DNA of 64,000 nucleotides from Glaucostegus cemiculus. Its lineage: Eukaryota. Of the stretch, positions 45,374 to 59,200 are shown in pieces (within the stretch, counting starts at the first letter, position 1; each line of letters opens with the position of its first letter). The stretch covers positions 5,146,001 to 5,210,000 of the forward strand of contig CDPCPM010000196.1 of the NCBI GenBank assembly GCA_976551045.1. The letters are read 5' to 3'. A program made the translations under genes and the position numbers. The notes under the pieces are model-generated. The model saw nothing but the letters and a program-made list of their open reading frames with translations, was not told the DNA's origin and searched no databases.

Positions 45374-48300
45374 TATATTTCCGAATGGAGCAGGGTCTGT
45401 CCGAATAAAATTATCACATTTCGACAGCATGGAACATTTTGAAATGTAGATTCTGTCAATCAAGTTTCAGGGCCCGGATTTGCGGAAGCTCAGCAGAGAA
45501 GTTCTTAATATCTGCAGCTCACAAGTGTTCTGTGTCCAAAGGATTCAATGGAAGTTCCGCAAATGGAAAATTTCAGATTGGTTTGTAAATCACTTCTCCA
45601 ATTTTAATAAACGTGGCTGTTGATTCAATTTTAGAAACAAAATGCTGTCTATGGGGATGATTCTCATGCAATCAGGACTTTTTTATTGAGAAATTGAGAC
45701 TCTTTTCCGATTGACATGGAGAATGCACACAGAAATAAATTGCAATATTCTGAAGTAGTAATTGCGTTTATTTTTGAAAGCAAAATAATGTATTACATTT
45801 GCAGTTCACCGCTTGCGAGGTGCCTGAACCTCACGTTATGTTATGAATCACATCATTGCTCTTGCTGTGTTAAATCCACTGCTGATGATCCACGTTCCGT
45901 GCGTGTGTTTCACTAAGCTCCATATTTGAAATGAACGGACACTGCATTTAAGGCCGTTGATATTAGAATACATTTGAAAACAGGACAGGTATACCCGCTG
46001 ACTCACAGCGCCAGGGTCTACGCTGGACTGTGTCCTCAACTCTGCAGCTTCTTGCAGTCCTGGGCAGAGCAATTGCCGTAGCAAATCGTGATACATCCAG
46101 ACAGGATGTTTTCTATCGTGCACTGATAGAAGTTGGTGAAGCGAATTTCTTTAGCCTCCTGAGGACGTAGAGGCGATGCTGAGCATTCTTGGCAGTGGCA
46201 TCTACGTTATTTGACGAGGACAAGATGTCGTTGATGTGCAGTCATAGGAACTTGAAGCTCTCAACCCTCTCGACCTCAGCACCGTTGATGTAGAGAGGTG
46301 CATGTCCACCGTCCTCTTTTCTGAAGTCAATGACCAGTTCTGTCGTTTTGTTGACATTGAGGGAAAGGTTGCTGTTTTGACACCATTCCACTAAGCTCTC
46401 TATCTCCTTCCTGTACTCGGACTCATCGCGTTGGAGATACGGCCTACAAAGGAGGTTTCATTTGCAAACTTGTTGATGGAGTTAGAACAGACTCTGCCCA
46501 CACAGTCATGAGTGTAATGGGAGTAGAGTAGAGGGACGAGGACGCAGCCTTATGAGGCACAATAGTTGAGAATAATCATGCCGGAAATATCGCTGCCCAT
46601 CCTCACAGACTGCGGTCTGCTGGTTAGAAAGTCAAGGATTCAGGTACAGAGGGAGGTTTAGTCTCCTACGTCTCGGAGGTTGGTGTTGTTTGCTTGAGAT
46701 GATAGTAATAAAGGCAGAGCTGTAGTCAATAAACAATGTCTAACGTAGGTGCCTTTACTGTCCATATACTCCAGAGCAGAGATTAGGGACAGGTTTATGG
46801 CGTCCGCTGTGGACCTGTTTCGGCGATAGGCGCATTTCAGTGGGACAAGTTTGTCTGGTAGGCTGGAGTTGATACGTGCGATGACCAGCCTCTCAAATCA
46901 CTTCATGGTGGATATCGTTCACCCTCTGTTTTAATGCAAATACCCCCCAGGTCATCTTTCAGACGCCCTCGTCTGATCTTAAGCCTGTGTCACGTAGTTT
47001 GCCACAGATCGATCGTGGGAATGGAAAACAAAGATACTGGTTGAACACAGTGATTTTCATCTCCCGATAATCTCTGGAGGGTCTGTGTTCTAAAAATCAT
47101 TCATCAGCATGAAAACACAGGGGTTGGGTGGTGATGAGGTTGCTGCAATGTTCCTTCAAATTTCGCAGAGGATATACAGTCACAGGGCCAGTGGAAATTT
47201 AAACGTGAATCCAGGAAGGCTGTTCAGCATGTTTGTAGGTTGTACAACTGGGGAAGTTGCATTCCTGGACCTAATATTATGAAATGCAGCTGAGTCACTG
47301 GTTATATTGTCAGTTGGGGAGAATTTCGGAAATAGTAACCATATCTCTATATGTTTTGGAAGAATTCACATCTGTTCGTTAGTAAATCCACATCTGGCAT
47401 GTGGCAACCTTTGAAGAAGAACTGTTCAGAAGTTAAGCCCATATTGTTGATATAAGGATGAAAGATAACGATTGCAAGCTCCAAGAACGTTGGAGGAATG
47501 GAGATAATTTGGGTTGAGTCAAAAACAAAACAAAAAGAAAACCTTTATCAGATCAATGGTCCTGTTACAGAGAGAGGTGTTGAGTCCTAGGTCTCGGAGT
47601 TTGTTGACATGTTTGCTTGGGATTATGTTATTGGAGATAGAAACCACGACCTATTACACCAATTCATGCCTCCAATGTGTGAACATTTTGAAAGGTAGCT
47701 GTTACCAATGAAGATTCAAGGTTCAGCTCAATGGAAGCCGAGCAGAGATGTTATCAATATCTGCAGTTTAAGTTTGTTTTTACCCAAGAAGCGATTCAAA
47801 GAAAATTCTGCGAATTGAAAGATCGAAGATTGGCTTACCAATGACTTCTCCAATATACTAAAACGTAACAGCTGATTAAATTTTGTAAACATCATATTGA
47901 CTCTGGGGATAATTCTAATCCAATTAGTTGTATTCGATGGCAAGTGGAGCCTAAGGTTCGGACTGACATGGACAAAGCACTTGGAAATTAAGTGCAAAAT
48001 AGAATGCAGTAGTAATTTTGTTCATTAAAAATGCATGCTTCGTTTAGCTCCAGTTGTCCTCTCGGTTGGCAATACCTTAGGTACAATTGTTGCAATATGT
48101 TTCAAAAGAGATCTTATAGCATATTCGATGGAAAACCAAGCGACATGAGATGGTAGGAACAGTGGTTTTGTTCTGGATACTGGAGTATCAATGGGCTTCA
48201 CCTCAGTGGAGTGAAATAGCAATTGGAATTCACTCAAGATAAGTTGAAGTGATTTGTCTGGAGAGTGAAGACAAGCAAACAAATGCACAATAACTTGTGG

Positions 48301-50094
48301 ACGAGTGAGAGGAAAAAGGAACAGACCACTGCTTCTTATCGATCGGAAAATGAGATGGTCGTTGCACAAAGCATTGAATAAGTGGAGAGTTATCTTGCAG
48401 CAGAGAGGGGACAAGGGTGATTTCCAAAGGTATTCCTGGACGGGTAAATACTAAGTTTCAAGGGAGATTGGTTAAACATCCGTTTACCTCTTACGATTTG
48501 AAAGTCGAACTTCAGCAATGCATGTCAATCATTACAGATTAGTTAGAGTGACCAGAAAGAGCCAATTTCTCCTTGAGCAAGATCATTGACTAGGGTTGTA
48601 TGGTTGTCAGCACACTGAGAAATAGAATATGACATCGATTTATTTTGTTCTGGATGGATGGAATGAAGTTCTCTTGCTCTGTAATTTCCTACTATTTTTT
48701 ATCATAACATAAAACACCATAAATATTCTGCAGGAAAAGTAGCGCCTTGTAAACTTCTATGTTTCTAATCACTGACACCAAACAACTCGAATCTTTATTG
48801 AATGGCAACTGTTGGTTTGCAGAAATTTCCTTTCGGAATTGTACCTCGTTACAGAAACGTGTACATTTGCACAATAGATTTATGGATAGGGCTGTTATTA
48901 CAGCCTCTTTAAGTGAATCATTGCTAACATTTTGTTTATTTAATACTCAGATATATTACACTGCCATACTCCTGGTATTGAATGGCAACGGAGATTACGC
49001 GATCCAAATTGTTCAGCTGAATCCCCAATTGCCTGAATTACACCTTCATCGAAACTGCTCAACCATGGATTCTTTGCACAGTCCCATTTCTTCAGGCCAT
49101 TGCAGGTTGAAGCAGCTGGAAATAGTTGCAGTCATTTAACATTCAGAAATATACCTACCAAGACACAATCTCAAAGAATCACACGTATCTACAACAAAGT
49201 TGTGTATTCTCCAGCAGCTACAATCGATTCAGGCCAGACAAAATCCATATCACTTAGTTCAATGGTCTCCCCGCGTCACACGAATAAATATTGAGTCCAC
49301 TGCATCTATGTGTCTATGTTTCATCTGGTATTATGTAACTATATGTGGTATTTTGGTAAGCCGGGTTCATTTGTTCAGAATTTAGGTAAGTAGTGGATAG
49401 AGCCTTTTCCTCATAGCGCCAGAGACCCACTTTGAATCCTGACATCGTGTGCTGTCTCTGTAGAGTTTTCACGTTCTGTCAGAAAGTGCAGGGCCCTCCG
49501 AGTGTTCTGGTTTCCTCCCAAATCGAGAAACTATGCGGATTGCGAAGTTAATTGCCCGCTGTACATTGCACCTCTCTGAGAGATAAGGGTGGAAGTTTCG
49601 TCAAAGTTCGATGACAAAAGTTAGTTTAAGTTTAGTCAAAAAAGAAAAAAAATAGAAGCACATATTCGGTTCAGGAAGCTAAAAGTGGGTAAAGCCCTTA
49701 GATAATATAAAGGAAGCTGGAGTGAACTGAAACAAAGAACCAGGAGGGCTTGCAAGGCCTTGAAATCTCTTTGGCAAACAGGAGTAAGTAAATTTAAACA
49801 TTAAATTAAAGCAGAAACGCAGCCAGAGAAATTGTACGTCTTCTCAAGCATTAAAGGCGTAATCTACACATGGACGCATAGGAACTGGGCGATGCTCTAA
49901 AAGAATTGTCACAGCTGCATTTACCAAGGAAAAAGAGATGGATGATGGTGAATTCAGGGTATATTGCAGTGATAATCTCGGGAATATTGATGTCACTAAA
50001 GAGGAGATATGTTTCTTAAAGATCATTAATGCGGATGTTCCCACGGCTTGATGACAATATATCAGGAAAGTGAAGGATGCATGGTGGGAGATTG

Positions 50095-53000
50095 CAATGC
50101 TCAGTTTTTTTCAGCATTCCTTTGGCAAAGCAATTTTGGTATTTGTTTGCTTTCGTTTCCACAGGTAACCAGTATACTTATACCAGGATGCCGCAGGGAT
50201 TTAAGCATTCACCGCATATTTTTAATCAGGTATTGAAGGCAGATTTAGTAGTTATACCATTGGAAAGTACACTGATAAAGTATGTGGATGATTTGTAGGT
50301 TCGCTCTGAAATCGAGGAGCAGTGCGAGCGGGATACTCTGGCTTTGTTAGAAAGATTGGTATGTGGAGGTTATGAAGTATCCAGAATAAAAGCTGCAGTT
50401 TTGTAAACGGCAAGTAGAATATTTGGACAGATTACTATCTAAAGGTGTAAAGTCGATAGCACCGGATCAAGTTGCGTCGATAACTAAGGCTCCTAAACCT
50501 CACACAGTAGGACAGATGATGACATTTTTGGAAATGGCAGGATACAGTTCAGACTGGTTTGGAGAATATGAAATTGTGACACCTTTGAGGAAAATGATGC
50601 AGGAAACCGGACATGCAGATTTGAAGAGTGTTTTGCAAAGGAATGACGAGGCAGGAATAGCTTTCAACACCCTTAATCAGAAATTGCAGTCAGCCCCAGG
50701 GCTAGCCTTGCCTGATTATGAGCAGGTTTTTCATCTTCATGTATCGAACAGACAGGAAGATTATGTTGCATCAGTACTGGCGCAAGAGACAGGCATAGGG
50801 AGACTAAACCAGTCAATAGCAATTTAAAATGCGAGACTGGATGAGGTGGCACAGGAAAATCCGCCTTGTTATTAGGGACTGGCAGCATTGCATTTTGCTT
50901 ATGAGAAAGCATCGTCTGTGACTATGGACATTTTTGTAAACGCATCATAAGGTAGCAGAATTGTTGGATAAGTGAAAATTTGTACTAACGCCAGCCAGGA
51001 TAATTGCATTTCAGATATTTTTAACATTTCCAGATATAACTATACAAAGGTGTAGCACTAGTAATATTGCAGATTATGTTCAAATGGGTTATGAAGGAGA
51101 GCCCCATGAGTGTGTAATGGAGACGATGATATTTGCTTAATTAAGAGCACACTTAGAGTCAAAACCGTTGGAGGATGAAGATAAAAAAAGATTTTGTTTG
51201 TGGATGGCTCTTGCTGCAAGGACCATGGAGGAAACCACACAGAGTTTTCCGTGGTGCAGCAGGGTCAGCCTCAGTTTAAAACGGTTAGACCGGAAGCTTG
51301 TCTGCAACCACGTTCATCCCGGTTAGCAGAGATTAAGGCTCTAACAGCACCATGTGAGATAGAGGTTTAGAAAGTTGATAACGATACAGATTCAGCATAT
51401 GCTCATGGAGTATGTCATTTGTCTGGAGCAGTATGGAAGCAAAGAGATTTTAAGAAAAACAATGGAGATTCTATATCGTATTGTCAGCAAATTTTAGATT
51501 TGATAACAGCAATGAGGAAACATAGAATGTTGACTATTTTAAAGTGTCAGGCGAAAAAAATGGAAGTGACATGGTGACAAAGGGAAATCAGGCCGCAGAT
51601 GAAGCAGCCAGGAAAGCCTCTCGATGTCGTTTGGTTGTTATTGCATCTCAGGTGGGTCTGGGTCCAGAATCCCAAATGGAGAACATAATTGAAATACAAG
51701 GTAAGGAACAAACAACGTGGATACAAAGAGGAGCTATGTGAAACCAAGAAGGTCTGTGGAGCACAGATAATGGTTTGTTGGCAACACCTACCTCTTTGTT
51801 GACTACCCTCATTTCAGAGGTACATGGGTTGGATCATTCTGCAAGGGGGAGAGGTTAAACAAATCACAATGGGTGTGGGTATAGCATTGCTTATGTCTAC
51901 ACTCATTTTATAATGCTTCCTTCCACACTTTAAGTCCCTTCTACTGCGCGCCAAAGTGAAACAGTTTCCGATGCTCCTGGCGATGACTGTGTCAAACCCG
52001 CAGGGAAGGAAGTCGCAACAACATACTTCTATGATCTGACTCCAGGAAATGTGCTCAATGATGACCACAACACTACAGATGACAACTATGCTTATGTTAG
52101 GGATAATTCTGTGAGGGCCGCAAGGTCCTTTTCCGCGTCTCAGTTACGGAGGGATGGGTTTTTGGACCTCAGGCTCAGGCCATAGAGAGTGGATTCATGA
52201 GGCCTGGACACAAAAAGTACATTCTACCCATTTTTGGAATGATTGGCTTTAGTATTTGGGTGTCGTGTCCTATCAATTCTTTCTCTATGTCAGACCGTGG
52301 AACGCTCAAGGCGTGGGGGGGGGGGGTGGGTGGTGGCGGGATTATATAGAATATGGAGAGTAGAAAATTGAGTCTGTAAACGTGTTTATTCATTAATTAT
52401 TGGGTGTCTAAGATGGCCACTGGTGTTCCTGAGATGGCTGCTGTACTTTTTTGTCAGCCCAAGCGCGTGGAACTCAGTGCAGAGACATAAAGCTCATTAA
52501 ACAAATGGACAGTTCAGGAAAACACTTTTGATCTAAGGTAGCTAATTTAAAAGATCGGAAGCACATGTCTAGGAAGAGAGTATTCTGCTTTATTCTGCAG
52601 CTAATGATTTCATAGCAGCTAGTAGTTTTGATAACTAAGAGCTTGGTGCCAACAAGTCTCAGGACTCAGAAGAGATAGTGACACTCTTTTGATGTTTTAT
52701 AAAGAATAGCCTCGTAGCTAAGAAGGTTTAATACTGCTAATAATTGGATTGGAGAATAACTAAGTTTAGAAACTATGTACTCCCAAGATGTTCGCAGGTA
52801 ATTGGGGCACCCTGTGTTTGAGTCACGAAATGCCACGGATAGGAGACAAATGGTTAAAGAATGAAGCCACAAAGATAACAGAGAACATGGTGGGTTGTGA
52901 GGATGTGATTGAACTATGAAAGATATATTATCATTAGAAAATTGCCCAGTACCGATTTAAAAACTGCATGTAGTAATTAGACTAAGAAATAACTCTAGCG

Positions 53001-53283
53001 CAGTTACAATTATGATAAAAGTAGACTAGAGGTAAAATGAAAGCAATTATGTGAGCTAAGGAATGCAGAGTTTACAGCTAGGTGTCACTTTGTGATTGAA
53101 ATTGGTGCGATTGATTGTATGACTAAGCTGGTGAGGAAAATAAAAAGAGCTTGTAAGCCGTTGTTCGGGGGCACTTGGCGAAAGGGTTCAGCGAGTGTCT
53201 CAGCTTTTGTTTGCATATAAAAGTTTAACTACTTGACGAATCTTCTGCGTCTCCTGGTCAATTGATTCTCGGGAAACCACAAC
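50095..53283 (+). mobile_element. Degenerate class I ERV, next copy
   Basis: Near-identical to 30098-33285. Confidence 0.88.
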
Positions 53284-56200
53284 GATGGTCGCAAATGTTG
53301 TGGCTTTATTCAACAAGCGCAAAGGGGACAATAGAAGAAATTGCAGGCCGGTGAGTCACTCATCAGCAGTAGGGAACCTAATGGGGACTGGTGGATTCGC
53401 ACACATTTGGTAAAACATGGATTGATTATGGACAGTCAGCATGGCTTTGTACGTAGCAGGATAGGTCTAACAAAAGTGCCTGAGTTTTTCCTGGAGATGA
53501 GCCAGGTGATTCATGTGATTACAGCAGTGGATTGACTGCACAGAATTTCGGAAGGCATTTGACAAGGTCAAGTATGGTGGACTGATCCGGGAGATTAAGA
53601 TGCATGATGTTCATCGTCACATGGCAGCTTGGACTGAGAATGGACTTGCCCATAATAGACAGAGAATACTGGTGGAAGTGTGCTATTCTGACTGGATGAT
53701 TGTGGTAAGTGGTGCTACAAAGGGATCGCTGCTGGATCCGTTTATGATATCAGTTGGATGAAACTGTAGATGGATGAGTTGCTAAGTGTACAGACGATAG
53801 AAAAACGGGTAGAAATGTACACAGTAAAATGATAGAGCAGAATATTGATCAGTTACGGATAGGGGAGGAGAAATAAGAGATGGAGATTAATCTGAGTAAC
53901 TGTCAGGTGTTGAATTTTCTGGAGGGGACGGGTGTCAAATGTAAGGGAAAACAGAAATAATAGCAGGACATTTAACTGCATTGATTTACAGAGAGAGATT
54001 TACATTGTAAATTATTATTCTCTCTGCTTACTGAGGTGGGAGTAGTTGCGCAGTTGCCATTATTAGCAACATCAGACGAGATCTGACTTTTTCTTTGTTT
54101 GTTTAAATGACTGTCACTAAGCCCAACCATTTTGTGTCAGTTATTTATCACACGGATTCTCTCGAGTATATCTTGCAAACTTACAAAGACATAAAACTCC
54201 TCATGCGACTGACAGAAACCCAGGTTTCTCTTCCAGCATGGAAAAGCCGGTACTAATTCAGACAGAACTTATTTACTACCCTATCCTTGCCACAGTCAGC
54301 GTACCTGGTGAGCCTCCTATTATTTTCTGTCAAAGTTTCACTGTGTAGCTTCTAATTTTAAATGTATTTCTGCTATTTGCATTAAGTTTGATTGACACAT
54401 ACGAATGACTGGTTTTGAAATCTAACCGACGTACACCGAAGTAAAATGACTTCGACAGTGTTGAAAGACAACAGCAATTAACCTGACATGACTCAGTATT
54501 TTGGGCGCCAGTAACGGCTGCAATGGCAGGTCGTGCCTCAGCGAGAAGTGCCAAAGCGGATAGATTAGCTCAATTAGATGTCCATGGGATTGAGGAGGCT
54601 GAGAAGGGCAAGGAATTTTAACTTTATAATAATTTCGGCTAGTCGGGAGAAACGGAAGAGCGGCTGCTACTCCACTAAAATGTCCTAGGTAACTGAAGGA
54701 CAGCAGGTCACCCACAGAGTTAACGAACTGCGCGCAGATCCTCAGCCGTATGATATATAAGATTAATTGGAAATATATCCGCATGTTGAATTAAATCTGG
54801 GGATTCCTTTCAAATTTTAAGGATGGTCAAATTTTCAAAAAATATTCACCGTATTTCAACTGGCGCACACTTCTTCAGGTTCTCGCATGAAAGCTGATGC
54901 GCATTTCTTACTATGAAGTGACAGGAAGTTGAACAATATGATATGACGCTTGAGACTGATTAGCGTAGCAGCCTCTATGCTTAACAGTCGACATTCCGCT
55001 CTATTCAAGTGAATGGTGCCTGATTTGATTGAGCTGTGAGACTTCCATACCACCGATAGTTGCTCCATTCGAATGTTCCGGCCTAGTTTAGCCATGCACT
55101 GTAGGATTTTGTTCATCACTATTTCTGACAAGAAACAATACAGCTTGTCTTACAGAATCATGCGCACCTCGTCAGTACGAGGAAAAGAAGTCTGGTTCGG
55201 AGTCGAATAATCCACTTAATTTCATGCGAAGAGCAGCCAGCACACCTCTTTGCAAGACCAATTAATGGTGGTAAATAATAACATATATCTTTTTTACCTG
55301 CAGCAAATTTCTTAGCCATCGTCATTCTGTTCCGTGGAAAATGTGGGCTCTCCAAATGCATCACCATTGTATGGTGTCAATGGCCATAACTGATTTACTG
55401 GTTCTGGTGTTTCAGATAATTCTGTATGAGTTTAAGGATGGCTATTTCCCTAATTCGTTCCTGAATATAACTCCAGTTTGTAGTCTGCACCATGCCCTCA
55501 TTCTTTTCTCCATGCATTGCTCTGTGTGGCTAACGGTGGCCTTCACCTTCGATCGATACATCACCATTTGTTGTCATAACCTACGGTCAAAATACTGCAC
55601 AGAAAAAACTGCGATTCGGGTGATATCAGTGGTTCTTGTCATAAGTATTTTCGAAAATATCCCAGTTTATTTCTCTTCATGCCTTGGAAAATAATTGACA
55701 ACGTAGCTTGGTACTGTATTCTGAAATCGGAATTCTACACCTCACCTCTCTGGGTCGCATTTTGGTGGTTTGAAACTATTTGTAGCCCATTTGCACCATT
55801 TCTGCTGATCATGCTGCTCAATAGTCTGACAATTAAGCATATACAAGCCAACAGAGTGCGGAGCGGACTCCGAGGGAGCAAGAATAATGAGAGTTCCATA
55901 GATAAAGAGGTGGAGAACCGGAGGAAGTCAATCATAACTCGCTGTATCTGGCAGCTTCCTCCTACTGTGGACGGTAAATTTCGCGAGCTACATTACTGTA
56001 CAGTTCGCAGATGCTCCGTCTTTTGATACAAACTACAACGAACCATTTACCATTGCAAACGAAACAGGATATATGCTGAGGTGTTTGAGTACTTGCACGA
56101 ACACGTTTATTTACGCGGTGTTTCAGACAAAATTCAGGGAGGAATTAAAACATATGATTTCGAGCCCTTTCCTTTGCTTGAATAATTCCATAAAGATCTG

Positions 56201-59200
56201 CTAAAGTCACAGTGAAAAAAAGTTCGTTTCAATGAGACTCTTCAAGTGCATATTATTTATTGCATCCCACTCTCACCGAGTTAGGAGTCCATTCGAACCA
56301 TTGAGTCGAGAACAACTGTCAGAAGAATCACCCACCCCTCTCCCCTCTTTTCCACTCATCTGGCCCTCTACCTTTTTTATTCTAAAACCGGTCAACGGCC
56401 CAGAAATTTACCCATTGTCCGCCCACACCAGTTGCAATTCACAGCGATGAATCAATCAAGTACTTTCAATATTTGGTATGTGCGAGGATAGTTGGAATAC
56501 CCAGAAGAAACCGAAGTGGTCACAGTAAGGATATTCAGTTTCCACGCAAACTGTACTGGAACTAATGCTAAGAGGCTACCACATTGCCTCGCATCACTGC
56601 AAACCCACAGAATTTCATTGTGTAAAATTACGTTTGGGACATATTTTCATCTTAGAAGAACTACTGACCGGCCGGGATTGCTCTCCACTGAAGTGTTTGC
56701 TTTCATCATGAATAAAATCTAAGAAATTCAATGAAAGTATGTTTATCTGTTCTGTCCTGCTGGTTGCATTCTTTATTCCATTTTTTATGTTCGTTTCAAA
56801 TTAAGAGTTTTTCCCAACAATATCAATGCAATTTTAAATATATTTGAACATCAGAACATTTCGACAATGCCAGCTGCCACCAGTGCGTTCCACCTCAGGC
56901 GCTGCCTCCTTTCGACACATGGCCATGTGCGGCCCTTCCGCTTCATGTGTTGGTGTGCAGAGGAGCAGCAGGTTGGCGTGCACTGCGTGTCAGTGCAGGG
57001 TCGGAAAGAGGGTCAGACGAAGCAGGGTTTTGTCCAATAGCATCATAACCTACAATGTGTGAATATTCTGAAATGTTGCTCCTGCTAATCAAGATTGTTG
57101 GCCCGTGTTCAGCAAAACCTAGCAGAGATGTTTTGGATATTTACAGCTTAAGGGTGTATTCTTTCCAGGAAAATCAATGGGAGTTCTGCGAACTGAAATG
57201 CCAAAGAATGGCTTGTTAATGACTTCTCCAATTTTAATCAACGTAACTGTTGATTCAATTTCACAAACAACATATATTCACTGGAAAGATTCGAATGCAA
57301 TTTGGTGCATTAGTTGAGAAATGGAATCTTATGTTCGGACTGACGTGGACAATGCTCACACAAATAAAGTGCAAATTAAAGTGAAGTAGTTATTTCGGTT
57401 TTTTTAAAACAAACAATGGGCAATATTTGCTGTTAACTGCTTGAGCGGTACCTGTACCTCAAGTAAGTCGCTTCGTGGATATTGCTGTGTTAAATCTACT
57501 GCTATTAATACACGATCAGTACGTGTCCTTCTTTCAGCTACCATTTTAACCTGAAATGGCATGACCGCCAGGACAATTGATGTCATAATGTATTAGAAAG
57601 GAGGACAGGTGTACCCGCTGCCTCACAGCTCAAGGGTCACAGTTTCAATGCTGTCCTGTGCGGTGTTCGGCGTGGAGATTCCATGTTCTCCCTGTAACCT
57701 CGTTGGTTCTCTCGATGATTCCTTTATTCTGCCTCATCGAAAGTCCACAGCAAATTACCCTTTATGTGCTGTTGAGTGGTATGATCTGGGTTCAGTTGAT
57801 AGGAATGGGCAGATTCATGAATGAGGGTTAGAAATTCCAATCGATTTGTGATAAATGAAGACAGTTGGAAAACAGAACCTGTGGCTTCAACGGGATGCCG
57901 ACAGTAAATACAGCTCCAGACTGCGCCTGACGAGGTGGAGAGTTAGAGAGCCTGATAATCAAAGCTTTATACACCTCAGAAAGACGCTTCAGGTCATCAC
58001 GCCCAGGCCTTTTCAAGTACCTCTGAATCATCTGAACAGTACCTGATCCCACCATCTCTTTTGGAAGCACATTCAAGATATCTTCCATTCTCGGTGTTAA
58101 AACAAATCCCCAAGTTCCCCTTTCAGACTCCTTCATCTGGTCAGAAACCTGTGCCATGCAGTTTGTGACAGATCCATTGTGGGATTGTCAACTGGTAGAT
58201 TGTTGAAGAGAGTGGCTTGAAATTTTCTGTCATCTTTAGAGGATTTTTGTTCTAAAAGACATACATCAACATGAAAAAGCAAGGACTGGGTGGTGATCAG
58301 TTTACTGGGAAGTCTCCTAAAATTCGGCATCAGGTATACAGACAACTCGCAGGATAGTTGTGACGGATTTCATCATCACTGGTATTAATTGGGATTGAGT
58401 TGGTGTGAAATATGTAGATATTCCAAATGGAGAGATTACATTCCTGAAGGTAATCTCATGAACTGTAGCATGTGAATGAGGAAGAATATTCGGAAATAGT
58501 CGCCATAACTCTGTAAATTCTGGAACAATCTACATCTGTTCTTGAGTAAGTCCACATCTGTCATATGGAACCTGTGAAAGAGAAGCTGATGAGGATTCAG
58601 GACCACCATGTTGATATTGGATTAGAAAATAACGATGGCAATGTAGAAGAACCTTGGATGACAGGAGGTAAGTTAAACCGAGTCAAAAAAAAGGTACACA
58701 TTCATAAGACGAAGGAAGCTGACAAAGGACAAAGCCCATGAGGAAAATAAAAGAAACAAGAAAGATCTGGAACGAAGAATCAGGTGGCTGCAAGAGCCAT
58801 AATATGTACCTGGCAAGTGGAAGTAAATAAAATTCCAGGTCATTTTAACATATATTATAAACAAGAAGATAGCCAGCGAAAGAGAGGCTCAATCGAGGTC
58901 AAAGGAGTTAAATTGTGCCGGAGACAGACAAGTTAGCGAGATACCAAATGGGTGTTCAAATCAGTACTCACCATGGAGAACAATGTGAATGATAGTGGGA
59001 TCAGGGAGAGGTATGTTATATTTTTGGTAATGCTGCTATTCGGAAGAAGGACGTGCTGGGTCACTTCAATGACCTTAAAGTGGATAGGTCCCCGCGGCCT
59101 GAATGTATCTCTCTCAGAATAGCGATGGAAACAAGGCAAAACATTATTGCTACCACTGTAAGATTCACTAGGCTATCATTTACTGGGTGACCCCCAAGGT

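Larger units (their letters stand above)
31534..51530 (+). repeat. ~20-kb tandem unit, copy B (19,997 bp, no L1 insertion)
   Basis: ORFs offset by 19,997 from copy A right of the L1 (e.g. 24042 vs 44039); empty L1 site at ~37640-37648. Confidence 0.97.
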